Source of the DNA: Nemertoderma westbladi
Taxonomy: Eukaryota; Animalia; Xenacoelomorpha
NCBI GenBank assembly: GCA_032718475.1
Contig: JAUCBJ010009103.1
Span: 62,001 to 126,000, forward strand
Length of the DNA: 64,000 nt
Direction: 5' to 3'
Part shown: positions 28,212 through 39,389 of the stretch, piece by piece
How the letters are laid out: each line of letters starts with the position of its first letter
Position numbering within the stretch: position 1 is the first letter of the stretch
The notes under the pieces: model-generated
Seen by the model: only the letters and a program-made list of their open reading frames with translations
Told to the model about the DNA's origin: nothing
The model's database searches: none
Position numbers and translations under genes: made by a program

Positions 28212-28824
28212 CTTCCCATTCCAGAAAGTTCTGATCATCATCATCAACGTCACAATCCGTGACGTCATCGGTTTCATCGATAAACTGGTTGTAGTCCTCG
28301 TCGACGGACAGCCGTTTCCGTTGGGGGTACGTAGGCCCCGCGGCGTTGTACCGGTCGCCTGGGTCCTCATCCCCGTAGCGGTCGTCCGTCGGCACATCCT
28401 GACTGCTGTCCTGCAACTCGGACAGCTGATCGGGGAACTCGTCGTCCAGCCACTGGTCGGTCGCGGACTCTGCGGGTTCCGACGGTACCGATACGCGGCC
28501 ACCACCGTGGGGCACCGCGACCACCGGTCGACCGCAGACGATATCCCGCGCGCTGAAGCGCGGGATAGAGCCGTCGCTACTCGCCGTTGGCGGCCCGGTA
28601 TCCACCAGCAACGGAACGTACGGACGATACTGGTCCCGAGTCGTCAAGGCGACTAGCTGATCCTGGATGCGCGATTGGCTGATCGTTAAGCACCTCATTA
28701 TCATATCGTTAGACATGTTGTTGGCGTTGACGTTTTTGAGTCCAGCGCTCTCCGGGAAGCATTCTGATTGGCTATCATCGTTTAACCAATCCGACGTCCG
28801 ATAATTGATCATATCTTTGGCAAA
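28212..28824 (-). CDS. PRUNE2: PRUNE2-like acidic linker exon ending in NFLEWE
   Basis: ttttacAG acceptor, GTAAGT donor, 613 nt, phase 0->1; GC-rich open frame (ORF 28150..28812). Confidence 0.87.
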
Positions 28825-29899
28825 CTGTAAAATTTAGCAGATGTGGTTACTGAAATTTCAATTAAGGGAATATTTTGCCATTTTCAATAATGCCTGGGTT
28901 TTGGAACTAGGACAAATTGCCCCATGGAGAATTTTCCCCCGGACAATTCATTGCCCTTCCGAGGACAATAATTGTAACCCGGCTAATTACCCCCGATATC
29001 CTATTGACAGAATATATTTGTAAACCTTATTATCTTTCGAACGTTTGTACTGTGAATGTGAGGGGTACCGTACCATTAATCAACCTGTAGTTTTGTCGCT
29101 GACTATTTTTCGTATTTTATTGTTCTCAGGTAAATGACAGATATAATAACATTAAATACCATGTAGTTGTAGGCTTATATCCGAAATAGTTTAACAAAAA
29201 GTAGTAAAATTAAAGTTCTTAAAAATAATATTACTATATTTTTATGAGTCCTTATTTATTTATTTATTTATTTTATTTATTATTAGCAACATTTTTTCAC
29301 TTAGGCATTAATAGGGTAAATAAATGACTTCTAGAATATAGTATATTCTAAAGAAATTATTATTTAATATATTTATTCCGAAGAAACACTCTAGAAGGGA
29401 AGATGGGTAACCCCCCTAGTTTTTATAAATTTGTATCTCCAATGTGGTTGAAAAATGCATAGAAAACGATATACCATCGCCGGAAAGAGAATGAACTAAA
29501 GAAATCAAAATTACAAACAAATTTTTCGGCGCCCCCCGGCGGACGGTGTAAGATTTAAAAAATTTCGCTAAAAAGACAAAAAGTTACTTAGAGTTAAAAG
29601 TTACTTACAAAAAGTTACCGTTACTTATCATGAACGATGGTGAAATAAAAAACAAATTTCTGAAACTTTTACCCTTAAGAATTAATTCCAAATCACGCGA
29701 ATTTTAAGAATAGGTTTTATGAAATTCTACAAATTTATTAATTTTTGGAAAATAGTCTCTGTTTAAATGAACCCCGCACTGCGCGAAGGCAACAGGAACG
29801 TGTCCTCAAGCTCTAGTTTTCGTCTAAACTTTTATTAAATATCGAATATTTTTCTTGAACATTTGATTGACCTTATCCTTTTATAACATAACTTAATGG

Positions 29900-30365
29900 C
29901 TTCATAACGTTATACTTATTTATTACTTGGGAACTATATGGGTTTCTATGGACGATGATTCCATTATAGATGTAAATTTTCAGGTTTGGCAAAATCTAGA
30001 CTGCCATTACATATCTGCCTGTATGTCTGTCGGTGTGTCTGTCCGTATGTCTGTGAAAAATAAGGAAGCATACCACAAATGTAAAATTATCGCTATATGG
30101 GTTTTTATGGTCGGTAAATTAATTTCTGATGTCAATATTCAAGGTTGATGAAATCTAGACTGCCTTTGTTCTACTGACAGACATACAGACAGACAGACAA
30201 ACGGACAGACAGACAATCTAAATCACATTGAACGCCAAAACGGACATCAGAAATGAAATTCCTGACTAGGAAAACCACCATAGCGAAAATTAAAATTATG
30301 TACTGTCCTTTCTTATTTTTTTGACCGACAGACAAACCGACAGACAGACAAACTGACATACAGAC
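29900..30365. repeat. Degenerate ~150-bp repeat with (GTCT)n-like cores, in tandem and inverted copies; probable non-autonomous TE remnant
   Basis: 29930-30165 has two related units; 30180-30360 is related in reverse complement. Confidence 0.5.
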
Positions 30366-30473
30366 AACTACGTCTTGTGCTATGACTTTAAGGTTTCGAT
30401 TTCTGTAATCTACTAAAAATTTTGACCTTAATTCGACAAAAAAACATTGTAGAAGAAAAAGTCGAGTCTGCAG

Positions 30474-30900
30474 TCCCAGATATTTCCATTTGCGAAATAT
30501 CCTTTGCTGAAGTAAAGGCTGCTGCAAAGAGCATGAAGACCAATCGTGCCAGTGGAGTAGATGGTGTCCCCCTGAGGTCTTTAAAATATACCTGATTTTT
30601 CAGAGCTCATTTACCCCATCTTAATAGACATGTACAGAAAGGCGAGAGGCCCACAAGAAATGAAAACAAATAAGTTGGTGCCAGTTCCCAAGAAGGCAAC
30701 CTAACACTCTATGGTTCTTTTCGGGGAATCTCATTGATCTCGATTGCTGCAAAGCTATACAATAGAATTATATTAAATCGCATCAGGGATCCCATTGAGA
30801 GACTGCTCCGTGGAAATCAGAATGGTCGTGGGCCTAAAGGTCGTGGGACCTTGGAGCCCATTCTGGCACATAGAAGGTTAATTAAAGAGTTATCAAAAAA
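30474..30900 (+). mobile_element. RTE-like LINE reverse-transcriptase fragment
   Basis: Frameshifted EVKAAAKSMKTNRASGVDGV...LVPVPKK...FRGISLISIAAKLYNRIILNRIRDPIERLLRGNQNG. Confidence 0.82.
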
Positions 30901-31919
30901 GAAAGACACCATTATAAATGATTATTCAAACAAACAAAGAACCAATAGGTTGAACCAATAATAAGGTTTTATAACCCATTACTAAAAATAATGGCCAGGA
31001 ACTTTTTACGGCGGGTGAGAATTCCGCCCATGTGAAGAATCCAGGATTTCACTTTTCGGTCGACTTTTTATTGGAATTTTATACATGAAGATTTTTAATT
31101 TATCTTTATTAAATAAATGTTGTATAGTGCTTATTTTTGTCTTATAACCTGTACATATACTAATTCGTTTATTGTTTTGGTTAGATTCAGCCCTTCTGTA
31201 ACCTGTATTTTTGGTGAAAATCTGGTATTCTTCAAATGGCGGGGGGGGGGGGGGGGGGGGAGGTAACTGCAAAGTGAAATATAACGGAATTCAAAATGCT
31301 CTGTTACCAATAATTGTTAATGGCCAATAATAAGTTAGTATGTCAAGAAACACGCAAGTACGCGATACAATACTCCCAGCCACCGCCTACCTGCATTCAA
31401 TACGCAGTACAGTACAAATAGCAGTTAATAAAGGTAATCAACACGTTCGTGGGGCGTCGCGCAGCACGCAAACTTTGGCAAAAATTGGCAAAAAAATAAA
31501 TTTGATCTGGAGTCAAAAGTTCGAGAGGTATTTGCCCGTAACTTTCAAAAATATTGCAAATTTTTCTCTAGTATGGCCATACCAAATTTGGTTGAAAATG
31601 GTTAAAATCTTCAAAAGTTATTTATGAATGAATTTTTCATTACAGGCGGACGGACAGACAGGCAGACGGACATGAAATTTTTCGTATTTACTAATTAGAA
31701 TTGCGCTAAGGCTCGTCTTTACTGCCTGGCTCGCCCCACAGTAAATTTCAAATTTGAAAACGGTTTAGAGAGTTTAGAGAGATCTGTTTTATTTCTCGAG
31801 TTATTGCTGATTGTCTGTCTGCCAGATGTCCGTCGAATCCGTCGAAATGTAAGTCCGACGGACAGACAAACCTATAGAAAGTCTAGTTTCACCAAACATA
31901 CAATACAGTGAAAAACATT

Positions 31920-33620
31920 TAATAATAATATGCACGCACGCACATTAATACCGGTCTAAAAGTTTATGTGTTGGACATGTGCTGGTCATATAGAGACTTG
32001 AAGCTATCGACGGTCGTAGCACTCTTAATCTTGTCAGGTAATGAGTTCCAGTTACGGACACATCTGATACTATAAAACTTGTCGCGAATGTCTAGATGAG
32101 CAGGAGGTTTAATGAAATTTAGATCGTGAGAGGCAAGTCGTGTGGTACGCTGGCTTATATCCTGCATCAAATTAAACCAGGTATTAGGACTACTGGCAGT
32201 CTAGTTATGAATAAACTTCCACGGTTGCAGCATTTCTCCTGTCACGCCTAAATTCAAGGGATGGAAGTCCGATCTTTTTTAACCTCTCCGTATAAGACGA
32301 GGAAGTAAGATTGGATATCATGCGAACAGCCCGCCCCTGGACTGATTCTAAAAGTTTAATGTCTCCTTGTAGCCATGGTGACCATGACTGCACACAATAT
32401 TCGAGATGTGGACGAACATATTGTTTGTATAGACGCACCCAAGTTGATTTGTCCCTATAATGGGAGCTTTAATAAGATTTGACCTAATATCTGATTAGCC
32501 TTCTTGGCAGCAGCTGCACAATGATATGATGGCTTTAATGAAGAGTGGATGTGTACCCCAACATCCTTTTCTAAGGTAACACGTTGCTGCGTATGTCCTG
32601 AAATGGTATATTGAAAGTCGTAGTTATGTTTACCAAAGTGCAAAATGTGACATTTAGAATAATTAAACAACATCTGCCAGTCTATACTCCATTTATAGAG
32701 GTTGTCAATGTCGGCCTGTAATTTTGTCCTGTCACAAACATTGTTTACAATACCACCGAGTTTAGTGTCGTCCGCAAACTTAAACATGAAGTGTCCAACA
32801 GTATCAATAGCACTGTCGATGTCGTTGATATAAATTACAAAAAGTAATGGTCCCAGAACTGACCCCTGTGGAACACTGGAAAGAACTGGAGCCCAATTAG
32901 AGAATGCACCATTGAGTACCACCCGCTGAAGTCTATCAGATCACCATACCTCCTATCCACCGTAGTAGATTGCCACATATACCGAGTGCCTCTAGCTTAA
33001 CTATAATAATCGAGAATGTGGGACCTTGTCAAAGGCCTTGAAGAAATCTAGATAGATAACATCGACAGAGTGACCTTGGTTAGAGAGAGCTTGGTTAGGC
33101 TTTCTAAATATTCAAGAAGATTCGTTAGGCATGACTTACCAGGTATAAAGCCGCGCTGGGAGCTGATAATTAAGTTATTCAAAATAACATAATACAAGAT
33201 TGCATCCTTGTCCTTGACAATGGCCTCCATCAATTTGCAGCAAACAGAAGTCAAAGAAACGGGGCGATAGTTTCCTGGCACTGATTTACTACCCCTTTTG
33301 AAGATGGGTGTAACGTTTGCCTTACACATAACCTCAGGAACTATTCCTTCGGAAAATGATAACCTGAAGATATGTGCAAGAGGGGTTGAAATAATATCAG
33401 CTACAGATTGCAAGGATCTAGCGCCAATCAAGTCTGGACCAGGGGTTGCCGAGGGACGTAACTTCTTAATCTTATTCTCTAAATCAGTTGTGGAAAAGTT
33501 GATGCTATCAATTGTTTCTGAACATTTAACAATAGGATCAGGATGATCTGTGGAGGTACCAAGAGTAAACACAGAAAGAAGTGAAGTATTTATTAAGAAT
33601 ATCTGCAGCCTTAAGTATCC
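31920..33620 (-). mobile_element. 5'-truncated CR1-type LINE (RT and C-terminus), frameshifted
   Basis: ANVTPIFKRG..PGNYRPVSLTSVCCKLME, VPQGSVLGPLLFVIYINDID, FADDTKL, LYKQYVRPHLEYCVQSWSP, WNSLP across four ORFs. Confidence 0.93.
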
Positions 33621-33839
33621 TGTTAGGTACCGGAATATATAATACATAAATTGGGCAGATACATCTTACGTTAATGTGCAAGCAACTACAGGGGTTACAT
33701 ACATGTAGGATCCCAACACCCAACCCACCAGTGCACACAGTTCCCCTATCATTGGTCAATCGACCCCCTCCCACACACCGTTGTTGCTACGTAGACCTCC
33801 TTACGATCCATCCGTTATAAATGTTAAAAAAAAAATTTG

Positions 33840-35355
33840 TTATTTTTACTTTTTATTTATTTTTATTTTTATAGATCGCTGCTCTCCGAAGACATTAGTT
33901 TTAATTTCATATTTTTTATAAACATTTTCCTACTTTTGATTTCTCAGTTTAGGTGATATGTTGTTCCAAAGAGACGATAAAATAGATAGATCGCTGCCCA
34001 ACGACTAAATTAGCACGAGGAATAAAGAATAAATTTTGTGATTTTGATCTTGTACCATAACGATGAACATCACCTACCAATAAAAATTGATTTGATAATT
34101 CAGTTTTCTCGTAGTTGTAGAATACACTGTGCATAAAGGCTGCTACTTGAAGTGAGTGCAAATGTTGAACGGGTAATATTTTTAAACTTTGATATAACGG
34201 AAAGGAGTGCGCAAGACGGTCAGAAAAGGTAATGCATCTTACGATTTTATTAATTTTTTTATCAGAGAGGAGCCACCATTCCCCCAAATAATAAGTTCAT
34301 AGTTTATATACGGGTGCACGAGCGAAAAATAATTAAGTTTTAGGATATGTAGCCCAAAAAAGTGTCGCAACTTATAAAAAAATACCAGCTGTTTTAGATA
34401 ACTTTGATAACACACATGTCATATGAGTTTTCCATTAATAATTTTACTATATTAATGTGCTACTAAAATACATATATTATTTAATTTACTGTTTTATTGT
34501 CCAATGTTGGAATTAAAGATATATTTTCATTTGAGTTTTCCAGGATAACTTTTGATCAATTTGAATTCCTAGGTACTTAACCGACGGTGACATTGTTAAA
34601 TATTTATTGTTAATTTTTAAAGAGTTTTGAAATTGGGATCTTTCTGGTTTGTTTGACGCTACCATAAATTCGGTTTTTTTTTGTTTTTATTAATAATCTA
34701 TTGGAAATTAGCCAGTCTTGTATATTACTTAGTTCTGAGTTCATGGTCGTCACTAAGGAAGTCGCGTCATTGTTTCTACAAAGAAAACGTGAGTCGTCCG
34801 CGAAAAGTACTGTGTATAATTTAGAAGCATTTGGTATGTCGTTAATATATAGTAAAAAGAAAATGTAACCTAAGATTGAACCCTGTGCTATCCCGCATGT
34901 GATTTTTTGAAAGGTTGAAATTGAGTTATTAATTTTGGTAAATTGAAGTCGATTTTGGAAATAATTTTTGAAAAGTTGTATTTGGAATCCGCGAATTCCG
35001 TAGTGTTCAAGCTTTTTTACAAGGATCGAGTGGTTTACTGTGTCATATGCCTTTTTTATATCCATATATATTATGTATCCATTTGACTGGGTGTCTAATA
35101 TATCTCGAATTTTTTCCGTCATTGCTAAAATAGCTTGAAATGGGGATCTTTTTTCCCGGAATCCGTATTGGTGGATTTAGGCCTATAGGAGGTTAAATTT
35201 TTGCAGGTAATTAGCTAACTGGTCGTAAATAATTTTTTCGTAAATTTTACTTAGCATGGGAAGTACTGATATAGGGCGGTAGTTAGAAGTATCCAGGGGG
35301 TCACCGCTTTTGAATTCAGGGGTGATTTTTGCTATTTTCAGTATATCAGGTTTCA
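33840..35355 (-). mobile_element. 5'-truncated CR1-group (L2/Crack/Daphne-like) LINE RT, decayed
   Basis: KIAKITP.FKSGD..DTSNYRPISVLP, DIKKAYDTVNH..L..KLEHYGIRG, QGSILG..FLLYINDI, LFADDS; A-rich tract at the 3' end. Confidence 0.9.
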
Positions 35356-36108
35356 TCTCTTTCTCGTAATTCGATGCCGCTCTTCCACGGGGATCCCTCG
35401 TTAAGATAATCACTGAAACTGTTTCGTCGTCCACTAAATCCCCAAAGATAATCACTGAAACTGTTTCGTCGTCCACTAAATCCCCAATCTCTTTCAAACT
35501 ATCAACTCGAACTGTTTTAATCGCAATAATTTGGTAAGTTTTACAGACTTTCTCAGCCCGAGTAAGTCTATCCTTATCACAATTATTACTGGAGTCAGGG
35601 TACTCGCAAATTCCGACCTCATCAATTATCGCCTTAGAGAAGTACCCGCCACGAAATAACGTAAAATTATACGGCCAATCACAGTTGAGGATTTTTTTTA
35701 AAGCGCAAACCTTGGCCACACTCGGAATGTTCATGTAGACTCCTTTCAGACACTCGCGATTGCCGTTGTAAGTTGCGTTGAACTGTTTCAGAATATTCAC
35801 AGAGTGGTAACTAGTCATGTAACCCTGTATAAATTGTAACGGCTCGAATAAATAAAACACATTGGGATTTTGATTAAAGAGTTCCCCTAGAAAAGAAGAT
35901 CCACTGAACATAAAGTTACGAGAATCACTTTCCGTACTCGCTGATGGTTATTGGTGACGTCACCGAACTCGGGTATCCTAGCAACCACGGGCGCTTCTCG
36001 AAAAATCTTTTGAAAGCAATCAGAAATCTGTTGATTTTTGAGAGTAATAATTACGACGGAAATACAAAAGGCGGATATGAAGAACAGACGACGACCAACT
36101 ATAGCCAT
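35356..36108 (-). pseudogene. Carbohydrate 6-O-sulfotransferase (CHST1/3/4/5/6-like) pseudogene, intronless, 3'-truncated
   Basis: N-terminal type II TM anchor, VILVT-x-SGSSFLGELFNQNPNVFYLFEPL, IAIKTVR and LTRDPRG..AS motifs; frameshift at about 35912; 42-bp internal duplication (GDLVDDETVSVII x2); joined to a LINE. Confidence 0.85.
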
Positions 36109-36148
36109 TGGTTAAATTTATTACACCCCAAAATATTTAATAATTAAT

Positions 36149-36787
36149 GATTTAAGTGGTCTAACATCCATGTCGAATTAACATAAGAGTTTAAACGGAG
36201 CAATGGATGGGTGGTGTATAGAAAAAAAAACTCAAACACATGTGTGGCTGGTCACGAGAACAGCCACATATACTTAAGTTACCTTCTCCAATAAAAATTT
36301 TTTCACTTGGTGTAACTAATTCTTTCATTTGTTGTAACTATTTTTCGAATGTGCACCTGATTCTGTATATACCTAATTAATTTACTTTAACTATTTTCAC
36401 ATTGGTGCATTTCTTGTAGACTAGAACAACAACTGCACATACAGTACTTAAATTACATTGGTGCATTTTTTGTAAATTAGAACAAAATATCCAAACTTAT
36501 ACTAAAAAATACTACATATACTTAATTTAATTATACATTTATCCTTTCACGCATATCGTCTTCGCTCATTAATTCTACAGTAGACTATTAACTCCATGTA
36601 ATGTTTTCAATTTGACCTTTAGCGGGATTTTCAAATTTGTGCAATTTATAATTTCTGATAGGCCAATGTACCGGTTATTAAATTACAGCCTGAAGACAGT
36701 CATCCGTAAGGAGATCGAAATATAGCAAGAAACTGAGTTTTTTTTTCTATACACCACCCATCCATTGCTCCGTTTAAACTCTTATGT
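36149..36787. mobile_element. Penelope-like or foldback insertion with 56-bp inverted repeat and hammerhead-like core
   Basis: IR 36179-36234 / 36734-36789; flanking 15-bp direct repeat TATTTAATAATTAAT (36134-36148, 36788-36802); CTGAAGA...GAAA at 36690-36720. Confidence 0.55.
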
Positions 36788-37219
36788 TATTTAATAATTA
36801 ATTTTTTTCACAATATCATCAGCAGAAATATAGTTATATTTCCATCTAAAATTAATAAAGTAGCTCACAGTAGAGCCAGAACAAGTTGGTTTAAGAAAAT
36901 ATTATTAAGGAACAGTATTTTATTCGTATCCAATTTCGTATCGTATCATAAAAATTGACTTCGTATCGTATAAATACGAATAAATATTTTTGGTATTTTG
37001 TATCGTATTTTCGTTGCATAACGTCCTTATGGAAATTGTAGCCATAAGATTACGTACTGCGGTTAACTAATAACATTAAGTCCGCAATTAATCACTCGTT
37101 CGTAGAGCCTTCGACAAGCACGAAACACAGAGCAGAACCCTTGGATCGGAACTCTCACCGAGATTTAACTGATTAAAAACAACGAAAAGATTTTACACAG
37201 GTACATGGTACACAGGTAC

Positions 37220-37337
37220 GGAAGCAGGACAATTCGGTCCCGGACAATTCGGTCCCATTTATTTACTATTTTGGGCCGAATTGTCCGGACCTAATTGTCC
37301 GGGACAGAATTGTCCAGGACCGAATTGTCCTACATCC
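37220..37337. mobile_element. Small MULE/Mutator-like MITE
   Basis: TIRs GGAAGCAGGACAATTCGG / CCGAATTGTCCTACATCC, 9-bp TSD CACAGGTAC (37211-37219, 37338-37346), 15-bp internal repeats. Confidence 0.8.
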
Positions 37338-37425
37338 CACAGGTACATGGTACATACATGGTACATGACTTACAGAACCAGAAATTACATTCAGTTCCGG
37401 ATTGGAAAAATTGTCAATCGGGATT

Positions 37426-37551
37426 TTACACTCGCCAGGTATACCAGATACGAGGCAGTTGATTTAGCGGTGTACGGAACCGCAGACTATTACACTCGCC
37501 AGGTATACCGATACGAGGCAGTTGATTTAGCGGTGTACGGAACCGCAGACT
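37426..37551. repeat. Direct duplication of ~63 bp
   Basis: TTACACTCGCCAGGTATACC..GAGGCAGTTGATTTAGCGGTGTACGGAACCGCAGAC twice. Confidence 0.9.
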
Positions 37552-38227
37552 GCACTATAAAATACAAAAAATCTACCGATTTCCATAGGGACAATGTTAA
37601 AGTCTTGAATGGTTTTACTTCTAACTAATTGTTGAACAACTAAATAGTAAATATACGACGGACGACGGCTCAATTTAATAACTACTTCTAGTGTAAAAAT
37701 CAATATCAGTCATTCAACATTTTTATTAAAAACTAAAACAGCTGTTGCACATCACTTCGTTAATTCGTATAATTCCTGGTTGCACTAACAATATAAATAT
37801 GAAGACGATATTTTGGATGGAACCAGATTGTCCATAATTTAAGGCATCAATACCAACATGAATTTATCTCTAAATTCAAAATTAAATAATAATGAGATGA
37901 TACATTCAATAATTAAATAGGTGCGTAAGAGACTCACCGCAACCCAATCAGGCAAATATTGGTGGAAGCAAATATACAAAACCAAATGTAACCCAAAAAA
38001 CGAATCTATTGCAAATTGGTGAAAAGGTGAAAAAAATAAGAGTTGTTATTTAATAATTAGTGATTATTGTACCTCGCGTGTCAATTCTGCTGTAACCTCG
38101 TTATTTACACACCTGGTGATGTTGTTGTTAACAAGAACAGGAAACACTATACATTGAAACGGACGTCGCATTGGCCAAAAAGAACCAAAATAACGTTTGA
38201 CTTTAACAATAACTTTGATAAACTTAC

Positions 38228-38352
38228 AGAAAGAGCGACAACATTTTTAGCTTCCGGATCGGTGATAGCTCGTAAACTCCATTTTTGACCGACAGTACTC
38301 GAGCCTAAGTCTAGACAACTAGCTGACAGCTTCACTAGCTCACTGGAGATTC
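38228..38352 (-). CDS. PRUNE2: Probable linker exon (GISSELVKLSASCLDLGSSTVGQKWSLRAITDPEAKNVVALS)
   Basis: ttttgtAG acceptor and GTAAGT donor. Its 125 nt convert phase 1 to phase 0, exactly as the flanking exons require. No recognisable homology. Confidence 0.72.
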
Positions 38353-38702
38353 CTACAAAATAAACAAACAGTACTATAGACGCTAACAACGATAGCTTCA
38401 ACAGTCCAATTGGCTGGGGCGATATACAGAAAAGTGGCCAAACTAGACTCATATTTTTTGTAAAAAATAAAGTTTCTCAAAACTCAACATATGATATACT
38501 GTATATTCTGAAAGCTCAGAGTCTGTAGAATTCAGTGAGAGTATTGGCCGACCTTAAATATGATATGTAAAAAAATATACTGCTTGTCCCTTTCCTGTCC
38601 ACTGTCTGTAACCATTATTTTACTAGGATAATTGGTTACAGGCGTGGAACATTTCTTTACCTGTAACCTTCCGTGTCACAACGATAGCTAATAAAACATA
38701 TA

Positions 38703-39234
38703 CCGTATTTACTCGAATAAGAGCCCACCCTCGGATAAACGCCCCCCTTACCATCAAACTAGCAACTTAAACGCCTTTATTAAAATTAATACTGTATTCA
38801 AATAAGATATGTATTTCAGGTCAGAAGGGTCTGATAAATGCCAAAAATCATACTTTAGGTTCCAATTAGGGTTAGACGGAGGGTTCCCAGTTAGGTTTAA
38901 GGATACTTTTTGTCTAGGGTTTCGACTGTGCATAGGCAGGCCTTATTTTTATTACGGTATTATTACATTCATAATGCTGAAAATCTAGAACATAAAATAA
39001 ACGCCCCCCACTCGAACCACACAATTTATAAACTTAAACGCCTTCCTCGAATAAACGCCCCCGTCGAATAAACGCCCCCCTCGAATTAACGCCCTCCTCG
39101 AATAAACGCCCCCTCGAATAAACGCCCCCCTCGAATAAACGCCCCCCTCGAATAAACGCCCCCCTCGAATAAACGCCTCCCCAATTGGCCATTTATTAAC
39201 TTAAACGCCGACGCTCTTATTGGAGTAAATACGG
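38703..39234. mobile_element. Tc1/mariner-pogo-type MITE
   Basis: TA|CCGTATTTACTCGAATAAG ... CTTATTGGAGTAAATACGG|TA; internal 17-19 bp repeats CTCGAATAAACGCCCCC. Confidence 0.85.
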
Positions 39235-39389
39235 TAAGTTACCTTTAGTACAATTACTTTCAGTTATAACAAATTTATCTCACTTGTATTTATTAATTTA
39301 AATTTACTATTAAACAAATTTATTTACATTTAATAATGAATTAAAGAACATATAAAATAAAAAAAATAAAAATAACCGAATTATTCAGC

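Noticed and set aside
27942-28656. Overlapping ORFs 27942..28505 (-) and 28321..28656 (+)
   Set aside because: Alternative frames of the GC-rich true exon
28905-29000. GGACAATT-type short repeats
   Set aside because: Probably a one-armed relative of the 37220 MITE; too degraded to call
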